Positions 36,359-46,170 of a stretch of DNA of 64,000 bases are shown here, piece by piece. The translations under genes were made by a program, and so were the position numbers. Positions within the stretch are counted from its first letter, which is position 1. Every line of letters begins with the position of its first letter. The stretch covers positions 63,726-127,725 of the forward strand of contig JBBDRO010000032.1 in NCBI GenBank assembly GCA_040905425.1, in the 5' to 3' direction. The stretch is from Gemmatimonadota bacterium. GTDB taxonomy: Bacteria > Gemmatimonadota > Gemmatimonadetes > Longimicrobiales > RSA9. The notes beneath the pieces are model-generated. The model was not told the origin of the DNA. It ran no database searches and saw nothing but the letters and a program-made list of their open reading frames with translations.

Positions 36359-37357
36359 GTGAGCGCCGTGACTCCACAGGTCACCATCATCATCCCGTGC
36401 TACAATTACGGCCGCTACGTGGGGGAGGCGGTGGCGAGCGCCCTGGCACAGGATGCGGCGCCGCCGTTCGAGGTGGTCGTGGTGGACGATGGATCGACCG
36501 ATGAAACCGAGGAAGTGCTGGCGGGGTTTACGGACCCCCGCCTGCGGGTCATCAGGCATCCATCCAACCGGGGTCTACTTCGTACCCTCGAAACGGCGCT
36601 CGGCGCGGCCGGCGGCACGTTCGTGGCCCGCCTGGATGCGGATGATCGCCTGCGCCCGCATTTCCTGCGTACCACCGTGCCCTGCTTTGCCGGGCACCCC
36701 CGGACAGGTGTGGTCTGGGGTGACGTGGCCCTCATGGACCAGCGAGGGGGCGTCACCTTCCCGCGGGCCGCCGGTCCGCATGGCCGCGAGGCCTTCGTGG
36801 GCAACGAATTCCTGCGCCTGCTCGAGCGTAACGTGGTGCCGGTGCCGGGCATGATCGCCCGCCGTGAATGCTGGCTCGAGCTGTTGCCGATCCCACCGGT
36901 GGATTTTGTGGATGACTGGTACTTCACGCTGAACATGGCCCGCCGGTGGGATTTCCATTATCTGCCCCGGGTGCTGGCCGACTATCGCGTGCATGGCGCC
37001 AATCAACACACGAGCGCCGCCCGCACGGGACGTGAGGAAGAAGCCGTGCGGGCCATTCTGGACGCCGTGTTCGCGGTTCAGGAAGCGGACCCGGAACTGG
37101 ACGAGGCCAAGCGAGCATCACGCCGGATGGTGTACGCCGGGCACGCCGTTCAAGCCGGCGAGAAGTACTTCGGCTTCGACGACTTCGGGAGCGCGCGCCG
37201 CTGCTATCTGCGGGCGCTGCGACTGGACCCGTCCTCCGTGCTGCGCGGTCCCGTGTTGAGACACCTGGCGGGAACGCTGTTGGGCCAGCGCGGCTACGCC
37301 GCCGTGAAGGCGGCTGCCAGGCGCATGTCGAGGAAGCATGGGGAGGCCGGCCGCTGA
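36359..37357 (+). CDS. GT2 glycosyltransferase
   Basis: IIPCYN, VVVDDGSTD, LDADD, YRVH. Confidence 0.92.
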   Translation: MSAVTPQVTIIIPCYNYGRYVGEAVASALAQDAAPPFEVVVVDDGSTDETEEVLAGFTDPRLRVIRHPSNRGLLRTLETALGAAGGTFVARLDADDRLRPHFLRTTVPCFAGHPRTGVVWGDVALMDQRGGVTFPRAAGPHGREAFVGNEFLRLLERNVVPVPGMIARRECWLELLPIPPVDFVDDWYFTLNMARRWDFHYLPRVLADYRVHGANQHTSAARTGREEEAVRAILDAVFAVQEADPELDEAKRASRRMVYAGHAVQAGEKYFGFDDFGSARRCYLRALRLDPSSVLRGPVLRHLAGTLLGQRGYAAVKAAARRMSRKHGEAGR

Positions 37358-37446
37358 GCCGCGGGGCTCGCGCGCGCCACGCTCCGCCCCCATCATGGAT
37401 CACCCAACCGAACGAACGATCCGGCCGCGTGCCGGAAGGAGATTTC

Positions 37447-38844
37447 ATGGGCACGGACGAGACCCGCACCGAAAAGGATTCCCTGGGTGAGATGCGCGTC
37501 CCCGCCGACGCGCTCTGGGGCGCGCAGACGCAGCGCGCCGTGGAGAACTTCCCCATCAGCGAGCTACGTTTCCCGCGCGCCTTCATCGCCGCGCTGGGCG
37601 CCATCAAGCGCGCCGCCGCGGAGACCAACGCCGATCTCGGCCTGCTGGACGAGGACATTGCCCGCCACATCGCGGCCGCCGCGGCCGAGGTGGCCGCCGG
37701 TGACCATGACGGCCACTTCGTGGTGGACATCTTCCAGACGGGCAGTGGCACGTCCACCAACATGAACGCCAACGAGGTCATTGCCCGGCGCGCCAGCCAG
37801 CTCGGCCAGGGGGACGGCCGCAGCGTCCACCCCAACGACCACGTGAACGCCGGGCAGTCCTCCAACGACGTGATCCCCACCGCCATGCAGGTGGCCGCCT
37901 GCGTGGCCATCCGGGAGCGGCTGCTGCCCGGCCTCGAGCACCTCGAACGCGCCCTGGAGGACAAGGCGCGCCAGTTCGACCACGTGGTCAAGTCCGGTCG
38001 GACGCACCTGATGGACGCCACGCCGGTGCGCCTGGGCCAGGAGTTCGGCGGTTTTGCCGCCCAGGTGCGGCAGAGCCGCCGGCGCCTGGAGGAGGCGTTG
38101 GCCGACCTGGCCGAGTTGCCGCTGGGCGGCACGGCCGTGGGGACCGGCATCAACACGCACCCGGAGTTCGCCGAGCGCGCCATCGCGCGGCTCAGCGCCG
38201 CCACCGGGATGGAGTTCCGCGAGGCCGCGGATCACTTCGAGCGCCAGGCCACCCGTGACACCGTGGTCTACGCGCACGGCGCGCTGAACACGCTGGCCGT
38301 CTCCCTCTTCAAGATTGCCAACGACATCCGCTGGCTCGGGAGCGGTCCGCGCGCCGGCCTCTTCGAGATCTCCCTGCCCGCCATCCAGCCGGGCTCCAGC
38401 ATCATGCCCGGCAAGGTGAATCCGGTGATCCCCGAGGCCGTGACCATGGTGGCGGCGCAGGTCATGGGCAATCACACCACCATCACCGTGGGCGGTCTGG
38501 GCAGCTTCTTCGAACTGAACGTCATGATGCCGGGCATGACGCACGCGCTGCTGCAGTCCATCGAGTTAATGGCCGCCGTGGCGCCGGTCTTCGCCGCCAA
38601 GTGCATTGCCGGCATCACGGTGAACGAGGAGCGCTGCCGCGAGCTGCTCGAGGGCAACCTCTCGCTGGCCACGGCGCTGGCGCCGCACATCGGCTATGAC
38701 GAGGCCGCGGCCATTGCCAAGCAGGCGTTCAAGGAGGGCAAGACCGCGCGCCAGGTGGCCCAGGAGCGTGCTTCACTGCCGGACGAGGAGCTGGACCGCA
38801 TGCTCGACGCCCGCGGCATGACGGAGCCCGGCATACCCGGGTAA
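37447..38844 (+). CDS. fumC: Class II fumarate hydratase
   Basis: WGAQTQR, FQTGSGTSTNMNANEV, QSSND, GRTHLMDA, GSSIMPGKVNP. Confidence 0.96.
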   Translation: MGTDETRTEKDSLGEMRVPADALWGAQTQRAVENFPISELRFPRAFIAALGAIKRAAAETNADLGLLDEDIARHIAAAAAEVAAGDHDGHFVVDIFQTGSGTSTNMNANEVIARRASQLGQGDGRSVHPNDHVNAGQSSNDVIPTAMQVAACVAIRERLLPGLEHLERALEDKARQFDHVVKSGRTHLMDATPVRLGQEFGGFAAQVRQSRRRLEEALADLAELPLGGTAVGTGINTHPEFAERAIARLSAATGMEFREAADHFERQATRDTVVYAHGALNTLAVSLFKIANDIRWLGSGPRAGLFEISLPAIQPGSSIMPGKVNPVIPEAVTMVAAQVMGNHTTITVGGLGSFFELNVMMPGMTHALLQSIELMAAVAPVFAAKCIAGITVNEERCRELLEGNLSLATALAPHIGYDEAAAIAKQAFKEGKTARQVAQERASLPDEELDRMLDARGMTEPGIPG

Positions 38845-39016
38845 GCGACGTTCGCTCGTCCACCCGCCGCCCGCCGGTCCGGGCACCCCGGCGGCGGCCG
38901 CGTTCGTGAGGCCGCCCGGGGGGCGGCCCCGGGGCGCGGACGGACGGGCCCGGCAAGGATGACGCCCGCCCCGGTGATCGGGAGCGGGCGTCGTCGCTTG
39001 GATCCTACGAAGCGGT

Positions 39017-40423
39017 TCACCTCTCTGGCGAGGCCATGTCCACCAGGCTCACGGGTTCGCCATGCGGCTGGACGTCCCCCGGCAGGTGCGCCTTCTCCGC
39101 CGCCGCGGCGGAGGAGAAGTCCGGCGCCCTGGAGGGGACGAGTACGTAGCCCTCGCTCCGGGCCACCACCACCGAGGTGAGCAGGTCGGTGGTGACGTTC
39201 GGTACCGTGCGGGCCATGTCCAGGATGCGGTCCACGCCCAGGACCAGTGCGATGGCCTCCCCGGGCACGCCCACCATGATCAGTACCATGACCAGGAGCG
39301 GAATGGAGCCGCTCGGCACGCCGGCCGCCCCGATGGCGGTGACGATGGACATGACCACCACCACGGCCTGCATGCCCAGGGACAGATCCACGCCGAACAC
39401 CTGCGCCAGGAACAGCACGGTCATCCCTTCGAAGAGCGCCGTGCCGTTCATGTTCATGGTGGCCCCAAGCGGCACCACGAAGCCCGACACCTCCCGCGGC
39501 ACGCCGAACTCCTCCTCGGCGGTGCGCAGGGTGGTGGGCATGGTGGCGTTGGAGCTGGAGGTGGAGAAGGCCGTGATCATGAGGTAGCGGCAGCGCCTCA
39601 GGAAGACGCGCGGACCGATGCCGGTGAAGATCCTGGCCAGGGCGGTGAGCACCACGAACTGGTGGATGGCCAGCGCCGTCAGCACCATGACCACGTAGAG
39701 TCCCAGCGAGCGCAGCACGTCGAAGCCAAACTGAGAGGTGACCGAGAAGATGAGGCCGGCTACACCGTAGGGCGCCAGCTTCATGGCGAAGCCGATGATC
39801 TCGATGACCGCCTGCGCCACCCCCTCCAGCACCCTGATGACCGGGTACGCGACGTGCTTCGGCAGACGCGTGAGGGCCACGCCGAACATGAGGGTGAAGA
39901 AGATGATGCCCAGCATGTCCCCGCTGGCCGCCGCGCCCACGAAGTTGCGGGGCACGATGTTCACGAAGGTGCTGATGCCGAAGCCGGTGGTCTCCGAGGC
40001 GGCCACGCGGTCGGCGGCCTGCGTGGCATACTCCGCCAGCAGGCCCTCCCGCACCGTGGGGTCGAGGCCGGCGCCCGGCTGGAAGACGTTGGCCGCCGTG
40101 AGCCCCAGCATCACCGCCAGGAAGGTGGTGAAGAGGAAGAAGGCGAACGTCTTGCCGCCGATGCGCCCCAGGCTGCGCAGGTCGCCGAGTCCCGCCACGC
40201 CCAGCGCCAGCGTGGTGAAGACCAGGGGTACCACCACCATGAAGAGCATGCGCAGGAAGATCTGGCCCACCGGCTGCGCAACGTAGGTGTTGACCGTCTC
40301 CACCCAGGGGGCGCCACCGGCCAGGAGATTGGCGGCCACGCCGGCGCCCGCCCCGAGGACCAGGCCCAGGAGGATCTTGGTGTGCAGGGGGACGCCGCGG
40401 CGCCCGCCCGACTCTGCGCTCAT
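39017..40423 (-). CDS. Dicarboxylate/amino acid:cation symporter (DAACS, GltP-like)
   Basis: AFSTSSSNATMP, PLGATMNMNGT, AGVPSG, GVDRILDMART. Confidence 0.95.
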   Translation of the reverse strand: MSAESGGRRGVPLHTKILLGLVLGAGAGVAANLLAGGAPWVETVNTYVAQPVGQIFLRMLFMVVVPLVFTTLALGVAGLGDLRSLGRIGGKTFAFFLFTTFLAVMLGLTAANVFQPGAGLDPTVREGLLAEYATQAADRVAASETTGFGISTFVNIVPRNFVGAAASGDMLGIIFFTLMFGVALTRLPKHVAYPVIRVLEGVAQAVIEIIGFAMKLAPYGVAGLIFSVTSQFGFDVLRSLGLYVVMVLTALAIHQFVVLTALARIFTGIGPRVFLRRCRYLMITAFSTSSSNATMPTTLRTAEEEFGVPREVSGFVVPLGATMNMNGTALFEGMTVLFLAQVFGVDLSLGMQAVVVVMSIVTAIGAAGVPSGSIPLLVMVLIMVGVPGEAIALVLGVDRILDMARTVPNVTTDLLTSVVVARSEGYVLVPSRAPDFSSAAAAEKAHLPGDVQPHGEPVSLVDMASPER

Positions 40424-40533
40424 AGCTTCTCCGGCTCATTGTACTGAAGCCCGCCAGGACGGCGGGCTCGGCTCCGGAGCGGACGCTCCGGCGGGATGGC
40501 TGATCTCGACGCGCGGGTGCGGCTACATGTTGG

Positions 40534-40848
40534 TCAGCTCGCGGCCGCGACCGGATCGACGATGCGCTGCAGGGTGGAGAAGCGACGGCGCAGTTCGTCG
40601 CGGCGGAGGCGATTGAGCGTCCAGAGGCCGTTCTTACGGCGCTCGATCACGCTGGCGGACTCCAGTACCGAGAGGTGATGGGAGATGAGCGAGGGGGACA
40701 GGCCGAGGGAGCGGCCGATGTCACCACACGTGATCTCGGCGCCTTCCGGGGCCAGCAACTCCACAATGCGATAGCGATTCACATCCGAGAGCGCGGCCAG
40801 CACGCGCACCACCTCCTGGTGCGACGATGGCTTCTGGGCTGCGTCCAC
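40534..40848 (-). CDS. ArsR/SmtB family regulator
   Basis: GGAGG RBS, GTG start; ALSDVNRYRIV, LSPSLISHHLSVL. Confidence 0.88.
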   Translation of the reverse strand: MDAAQKPSSHQEVVRVLAALSDVNRYRIVELLAPEGAEITCGDIGRSLGLSPSLISHHLSVLESASVIERRKNGLWTLNRLRRDELRRRFSTLQRIVDPVAAAS

Positions 40849-41000
40849 GCACCCTCCAAATTCGATGGCACTTCCCGGCTTGCGGGGCACGGCAGGATAC
40901 CGCACGGGCTCTGTACCCCGGGTGCCCGGGCGGGGTCCGCGTCCCGGGCCCGTTGCCGGCGGTCGTGGGCGGTGGGGTGGAGCCGAGGGGCGCGGGGTGC

Positions 41001-41417
41001 TCAGCGCCCGGGTTCCTGGTCCGCCTCCCGCTCCACCAGATGGACGGAGCAGGCCCGCACCGTGTCGCCGCCGGCAATCAGCTCGAAGGTGAAGCGGCCG
41101 GCGTGCGGGAAGACCACCCGCTCCATGGGCATGATGAGGCGCGTCTGCGGGGGCGGCATGCCCGCGCGGGGGGGCGCCACCTCCGTGTGCCCCTGGATGG
41201 TGAGCACGCGCGTGCCGTCCCCGTCCACTAGGTCGGCGCGCAGCGGCTGCCGGCCGGCTTCATCCGGCGCCCACTCCACCACGAACACGGCCGTCATCCG
41301 GTCCTGTAGGGCCGGGAAGCCGGGCGCGCTGAGTTCATGAAAGACGCCCCGCAGGTCGAGCTTCCCGTCGGGGCGTTCCATGGCTGTGTCACAGACGACC
41401 GCAAGCACTAGTTCCAT
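41001..41417 (-). CDS. Hypothetical beta-sandwich protein (DUF6941-like)
   Basis: LAVVCD.A....GKL...GVF, FPHAGRF pattern. Confidence 0.7.
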   Translation of the reverse strand: MELVLAVVCDTAMERPDGKLDLRGVFHELSAPGFPALQDRMTAVFVVEWAPDEAGRQPLRADLVDGDGTRVLTIQGHTEVAPPRAGMPPPQTRLIMPMERVVFPHAGRFTFELIAGGDTVRACSVHLVEREADQEPGR

Positions 41418-41539
41418 GGCGGCGCAAGATGTCCGTGGCCGGAGGGGGTTGTCAATCGCGCGTGTGTCCGGCACCGTGAGCGCCCCAGGCTGCGGCGAGC
41501 TGCCGCCGTCCCGAAGGATCCAGGACCGTGGAAGGCCCT

Positions 41540-42247
41540 ATGAAGACCATTCTCGTGGCACTCGCGCACCCTGATGACGAGGTGGGCTGTGCCGGTACCA
41601 TGGCTACGCACGCCGCGCGGGGTGACCGGGTGGTGGCGCTCTTCCTCACCCGGGGAGAGATGACGGAGGCGCTCGGCACGAGCGACCCCGCCGAGGTGGC
41701 GCGCCGACGCGTGGAGCAGGGCCGGGAAGCCGCGGCCATCGTGGGCGCGGAAGCCCGGTTTCTGGATCTGCCGGATACCGGCGTGCGGGATACGCCGGAG
41801 GCGGCCGCGCGGGTGGCTCGGGTGGTGGCGGAGGTCCGGCCGGACGCCGTCGTGACCTGGGGCGAGGCGTGGATCCGCGGCATGCGCCATCCGGATCATC
41901 AGGCCACCGGACGTGTGGTGCGGGCGGCCGTGACGCTGGCACGCATGGCACGAGCCGTGGCGCCGGCGGAGCCGCATCGCCTGCCCGCGCCGGTGTTCAC
42001 GTTGCGCGACCGCCACTCCGGCCTGCCCGCGGCCGCCATCGACGTCTCCCCCGGTTGCGCGGCGGCGCTGGCGCTGGGCGAGTACTACCGCGCCCGGATC
42101 GGCTGGCCCTGGGAGGGCTGGCACGAGGCGCGGCTGCGTCGCTTCGGCAAGCAGTGGGGCGTGGCGGCCGCGGAGGTGCTGGATGCCTGGGAAACGGAGC
42201 CGGGACTCTGGCCGGGCCTCACGGATGCGCCCCTCGTGCCGTACTGA
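41540..42247 (+). CDS. PIG-L/LmbE family deacetylase
   Basis: AHPDDE, LTRGE, HPDH. Confidence 0.9.
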   Translation: MKTILVALAHPDDEVGCAGTMATHAARGDRVVALFLTRGEMTEALGTSDPAEVARRRVEQGREAAAIVGAEARFLDLPDTGVRDTPEAAARVARVVAEVRPDAVVTWGEAWIRGMRHPDHQATGRVVRAAVTLARMARAVAPAEPHRLPAPVFTLRDRHSGLPAAAIDVSPGCAAALALGEYYRARIGWPWEGWHEARLRRFGKQWGVAAAEVLDAWETEPGLWPGLTDAPLVPY

Positions 42248-42256
42248 CGCCGACGC

Positions 42257-43144
42257 TCAGTCGGAGTAGAGCGCGAAATCCGGGCGCAGGTAGCGGCGCT
42301 CCTCCACCAGCAGGTCATCCAGGGTATCCCGGATGGCCTCCTCCAGGTCACGCGAGACATGGCTCCCTGCCCATGCGGGTAGCGCGGCCAGGTCGGCGGA
42401 CCGCAGGCCGGGCGCCGTGACCACCTCACCCTCATGGTCCAGGCGTAGGAAGCCGATCGGCAGCAGCGTGCGGTCGCCGGCATCCCGGTCCACGGCCAGG
42501 TAACGGACCCGTGCCCGGGCCGGCTCCACGATCAGTTCCACCACCGTTCCCGTGGCCTCCCCACCGGCCGTCAGCGTCCAGCCGCGCACGTCCGGCTCAC
42601 CGCGGGCCACCTCCCAGCCCTCCAGCGCGTCCAGCGGGAGGAGGGCCGGCGTGGCTCTGCCTTCCGCCTGCGCGGCCGTGGGAGTGTGGTCGTCCGTTCC
42701 CGGCGCCGCGGGCACCAGTGGCTCCTGGCTGCTGAACAGTCCGGTGTGGTCGTACGCGGGATGAGCGTAATAGCGCTCACCGTGGAAAAGGCGGCCGTGG
42801 GCGTGCAGCAGGGCACGCTCGTAGGGATCATCCAGGTCCGTAGCGGAGGGGTCGAAAGCGGGGATGCGGTCCAGGTCTTCGAGCAGCGCCGCGCGCAAGC
42901 GCACTTCGGGCAGCTCACGGTCTTCCCGCAGGAAGCGGGCGTGGCCCACGGGAACCAGCACATGCTTGGTCCGCTTTTCCAGACCTATGTCCAGATAGCG
43001 GACCAGGCCGCTGGCCGACTCGGCCACGGCGCCCACGGTGCGGCCGATCCCCACGCCGCTGGCGTCCTCCACCCGGAGATCGCCCAGATCCGCCACGACG
43101 CGGAGCGCACGACCTCCTCCGACCTCTTTCGCAGCAGCGCTCAC
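42257..43144 (-). CDS. Tandem PRC-barrel domain protein
   Basis: Two repeats of G-x-V...VRYL...L(V/L)P(V/I)G; GEPDVRGW; GTG overlaps the upstream stop. Confidence 0.8.
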   Translation of the reverse strand: MSAAAKEVGGGRALRVVADLGDLRVEDASGVGIGRTVGAVAESASGLVRYLDIGLEKRTKHVLVPVGHARFLREDRELPEVRLRAALLEDLDRIPAFDPSATDLDDPYERALLHAHGRLFHGERYYAHPAYDHTGLFSSQEPLVPAAPGTDDHTPTAAQAEGRATPALLPLDALEGWEVARGEPDVRGWTLTAGGEATGTVVELIVEPARARVRYLAVDRDAGDRTLLPIGFLRLDHEGEVVTAPGLRSADLAALPAWAGSHVSRDLEEAIRDTLDDLLVEERRYLRPDFALYSD

Positions 43145-43752
43145 TCGGTCACGAGATGGCGCAGGCGGTGGGCAAGGCTGCCCTCGGAGAGGGAAAGGGC
43201 CTGGCCAACCACTTCGCTCCGGGTGCGCCCCGCAAAGGACCGCACCGCGTCTGTGCAGCGACGACCGTCCGGACCCAGGAAGACGAAGCGCCCGAAGCAC
43301 TGGCCCGTCCGCTCCCAGAACTCGAGCCGCACGCGCCAGGCGGACCCGTCCACATCTAGCCATCGCAGGTCCACCCCATCGGAATGCGGAGCGCTGGGCG
43401 CACGCGGCTCCTGCGTGTCCGGCTCCGGCGCCGGCGCCGCCGCAGCCATCGTCGCCGATCGGGCGGGCAGGCACCGCACGGCGCCCTCCCAGCCGCAGGC
43501 CAGACACCAGCGCCGTTGCACCACCACCCTGCGCAACATGGTGGAGGCCAACCGGAGGGCGCCGTCCGCGAGCAGCAGGCTGTCACCTCCGCAATGGGGA
43601 CAGCGCTTACCCCAGGGGAGGGAACGGAAGCCCACCCAGCCGCTCAGGGCCAGGGGGAAGAGGAAGATCAGTGCAATGTACGCTGTTGCGAGTAAGGCCA
43701 CGGTGGTCTCGGGGGCCGGGTTGCGATTCGTTTGCGCATGCTGGGAAAGCAA
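43141..43752 (-). CDS. Membrane-anchored zinc-ribbon protein
   Basis: One TM segment, then CPHC...CLACGW; start uncertain. Confidence 0.65.
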   Translation of the reverse strand: MLSQHAQTNRNPAPETTVALLATAYIALIFLFPLALSGWVGFRSLPWGKRCPHCGGDSLLLADGALRLASTMLRRVVVQRRWCLACGWEGAVRCLPARSATMAAAAPAPEPDTQEPRAPSAPHSDGVDLRWLDVDGSAWRVRLEFWERTGQCFGRFVFLGPDGRRCTDAVRSFAGRTRSEVVGQALSLSEGSLAHRLRHLVTE

Positions 43753-44029
43753 GATGCGTTCCCCGTTCCGGGAGGGCGCGACCGCCCCTCCACAGCCCTG
43801 TGGACCCGGGTGCTATGCCCCGTTTTTCCTGGTTTTCGCGGCCGTACGGCATGAATCTTCCGCAAAGGGCCCGCGACGCCACCGGTACGCTCATGCCAGC
43901 CGCGCCTTCATTGCGGTTGTTGCTGCCGGCCGGCATCATCAGCGCCGCAGCACGGCCGGCCGCCGCACAGGACGTGGCGGTGGCGCGCCGCTGTTAGGCG
44001 GCGCCATTGAACCACTCGAAGGAGGAAAG

Positions 44030-44239
44030 ATGAAACGCTCCCTGATCACCGCATTCGGCGTTGCCGCCATCGTGGGCCTGGCCGCCTGTGGCGAGCCGGA
44101 GGACGAGGGGCTGGAAGTGCCGGATGTGGAGGAGACGGCGCCGCCGCCGGCCGCACCCATGACGCCGCCCGATACCATGATGATGGGTGACACCATGATG
44201 GGTGACACCATGATGGTGGACACGATGGGCACGCTCTAG
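44030..44239 (+). CDS. Small Met-rich lipoprotein (69 aa)
   Basis: AAGGAGG RBS; MKRSLITAFGVAAIVGLAAC lipobox; tail DTMMMGDTMMGDTMMVDTMG. Confidence 0.85.
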   Translation: MKRSLITAFGVAAIVGLAACGEPEDEGLEVPDVEETAPPPAAPMTPPDTMMMGDTMMGDTMMVDTMGTL

Positions 44240-44403
44240 GACCGCCCGGGGGCAGGACGGCGGGCGGGCCGCAACGGACCGCACCGCCGTTCCCGTCGCC
44301 CCCGTCCGGCGCTGCCGAGCCGGTTGCCGCCCCGGGCGGTGCCGGCTCTATTCATGTGCGGGGGGGCCGCAGGGGAACCCCCGCTCCCCGGGAACCCAGG
44401 ACG

Positions 44404-45276
44404 ATGCCGCAGGATCCGTCGATGATGGTGGACGAGCTGGGCGCACACGTTTCGGTGGCGGGTGGCGTGGACCGCGCTCCGGAGCGGGCGGCGGCGATCC
44501 GCTCCGCGGTGGTGCAGGTCTTTACGAAGCAGCCCAATCGCTGGGCGGAACGGGAGGTGGAGGCGGCGCTGGCCGAAGCCTTTGCCACCGAGCGAGCGCG
44601 TCACCGGATCACGCAGGTGGCGTCCCACGACTCCTACCTCATCAATCTGGCCTCCCCGGACTCCACCTTGCACGCGCGTTCCTACGCGTCCTTCACGGCC
44701 GAGCTGCGCCGCTGTGCGGCGCTGCGGGTGGATTTCCTGGTGACGCATCCCGGGAATGCCACCGATGACGACCCCCCGAGCGGACTGGCCCGCAACGCGG
44801 CGGCCATCGAGCGTGCCGTGCTCGAGGTGCCCGGTGACACGGTGGTGCTCCTGGAAACCACTGCCGGTGCCGGGCGGGTGCTCGGCGCTACCTTCGAAGA
44901 ACTGGCGGACATGCTCGAGCGCATGTCCCCGGAGGCGCGCGCACGCATGGGTGTGTGCCTGGACACCTGCCATGTCTGGGCGGCGGGCTACGATCTGGTG
45001 GCGGACTGGGATGACGTGTTCGCGCGGTTCGACGACGTGCTGGGGCTGGAGCGCCTGCGCCTCTTCCATCTCAACGACTCGGTGGGCCAGCTCGGCAGCC
45101 GGCGCGATCGGCACGCGTGGATCGGGGATGGCACCATCGGCCAGGAGCCCTTCCGCAGGCTGATGACCGATGAGCGCTTCACGAGTGTGCCGAAGGTGCT
45201 GGAGACGCCCAAGGGAGACGATCACGTGGCTTCGGACCTGCGCAATCTGGAGCTGCTGCGCAGCTTCCGAAGCTGA
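44404..45276 (+). CDS. nfo: Endonuclease IV
   Basis: LGAHVSVAGG, HDSYLINL, HPG, ETTAG, CLDTCH, HLNDS, DRHA, LETP. Confidence 0.95.
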   Translation: MPQDPSMMVDELGAHVSVAGGVDRAPERAAAIRSAVVQVFTKQPNRWAEREVEAALAEAFATERARHRITQVASHDSYLINLASPDSTLHARSYASFTAELRRCAALRVDFLVTHPGNATDDDPPSGLARNAAAIERAVLEVPGDTVVLLETTAGAGRVLGATFEELADMLERMSPEARARMGVCLDTCHVWAAGYDLVADWDDVFARFDDVLGLERLRLFHLNDSVGQLGSRRDRHAWIGDGTIGQEPFRRLMTDERFTSVPKVLETPKGDDHVASDLRNLELLRSFRS

Positions 45277-45379
45277 TGCCATGGGCGCGCCCGCGGAGCG
45301 CCATTTTTGCGAACAAAGGGACGAAAACCGGAAAAAAGTTGGCGGTATGGCGCTTCAGTCGAAACGCATGAAATCTGAC

Positions 45380-45436
45380 AAACCACTGAAGGCAAACGAT
45401 TTATGAGGTTTGGCACGTGCTGGCCCGGCTCCTGCT
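45380..45436 (+). promoter_or_regulatory. sigma54-like promoter with AT-rich upstream region (possible IHF site)
   Basis: TGGCCCGGCTCCTGCT (GG-N10-GC, 45421-45436) preceded by AAACCACTGAAGGCAAACGATTTA in an unusually AT-rich spacer. Confidence 0.5.
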
Positions 45437-45486
45437 TTATCCTCCGGCACAAAGCTGCGGCGAGCGGGAACTCCGGGGAGAGCGCC

Positions 45487-46170
45487 GTGGCAAAAGGCGG
45501 GCGGTCAGCTTTCGAGCGGGCCGTCCCGTCTTTTTTTGTACCTGCGTCCCTGCTGGCGCTCTGCCTGGCACCGGGGACGCTCGCCGCGCAGGGACCGCGG
45601 CTGGAGTTCCGCCTGGGCGTGGTGGCCTCGAGCGCGCTGGCCCGCGACGAAGTGGCCAGCACGCTGCTACGGCAGAGGGTGGCGGCGCCCGTCAGCCGTG
45701 AGGTGCTGGCCGGCCCCCGTCCCGCACCCGCCCTGGAGATGGCCCTGCAACTGCCGCTCCGGCCCGGGTTGGCCGCCGAACTGGCGCTCGGCTACTCGCG
45801 GAGCGCCCTCGGCGTCGAGGAGGCGGAGGGAAGCTCCTGGGACGCCGGTAACCTGTACGTGTTGCAGGGTCTGCTCGGCATCCGCTGGCAATGGCGGCCC
45901 GGGGTGGGCGTGAGCGGCGCCTTCGGGGCACTGCGCTACGGGGCGGACGGGCGGGCCTTCTTCGCGGCGGGAGGGGAGATGAATCCCGGCATCGAAACCG
46001 CGCTCGACGTGCGGCTGCCGTGGCACGACGGCCGCACCGGCGTACGTGCTTTCGCGCAGGTGCATGGCTTCAACACTCCCGCGCTACGCCGGGCGGGGGC
46101 CGCGGACGGCGGCGTCATGCGCTTCGGTGTACAGGTGACGCAGCGCTTTTTCGGCGGGAGGGGTTCATGA
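45487..46170 (+). CDS. Probable outer-membrane beta-barrel protein
   Basis: GGGGAG RBS and GTG; signal peptide; alternating amphipathic strands; C-terminal FGVQVTQRFF. Confidence 0.6.
   Translation: MAKGGRSAFERAVPSFFVPASLLALCLAPGTLAAQGPRLEFRLGVVASSALARDEVASTLLRQRVAAPVSREVLAGPRPAPALEMALQLPLRPGLAAELALGYSRSALGVEEAEGSSWDAGNLYVLQGLLGIRWQWRPGVGVSGAFGALRYGADGRAFFAAGGEMNPGIETALDVRLPWHDGRTGVRAFAQVHGFNTPALRRAGAADGGVMRFGVQVTQRFFGGRGS

Noticed and set aside
38845..39016. GC-rich hairpins between convergent fumC and the symporter as an ncRNA
   Set aside because: Adequately explained as terminator-like structures; no promoter or family motif seen
42257..43144. PRC barrel similar to photosynthetic reaction centre H subunit (puhA)
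   Set aside because: No N-terminal TM helix, two barrels, and no bch/puf genes in the window
43845..43865. CGGCATGAATCTTCC as a sigma54 promoter for the Met-rich lipoprotein
   Set aside because: The -12 GC is missing and the site is far from the start; too weak to call
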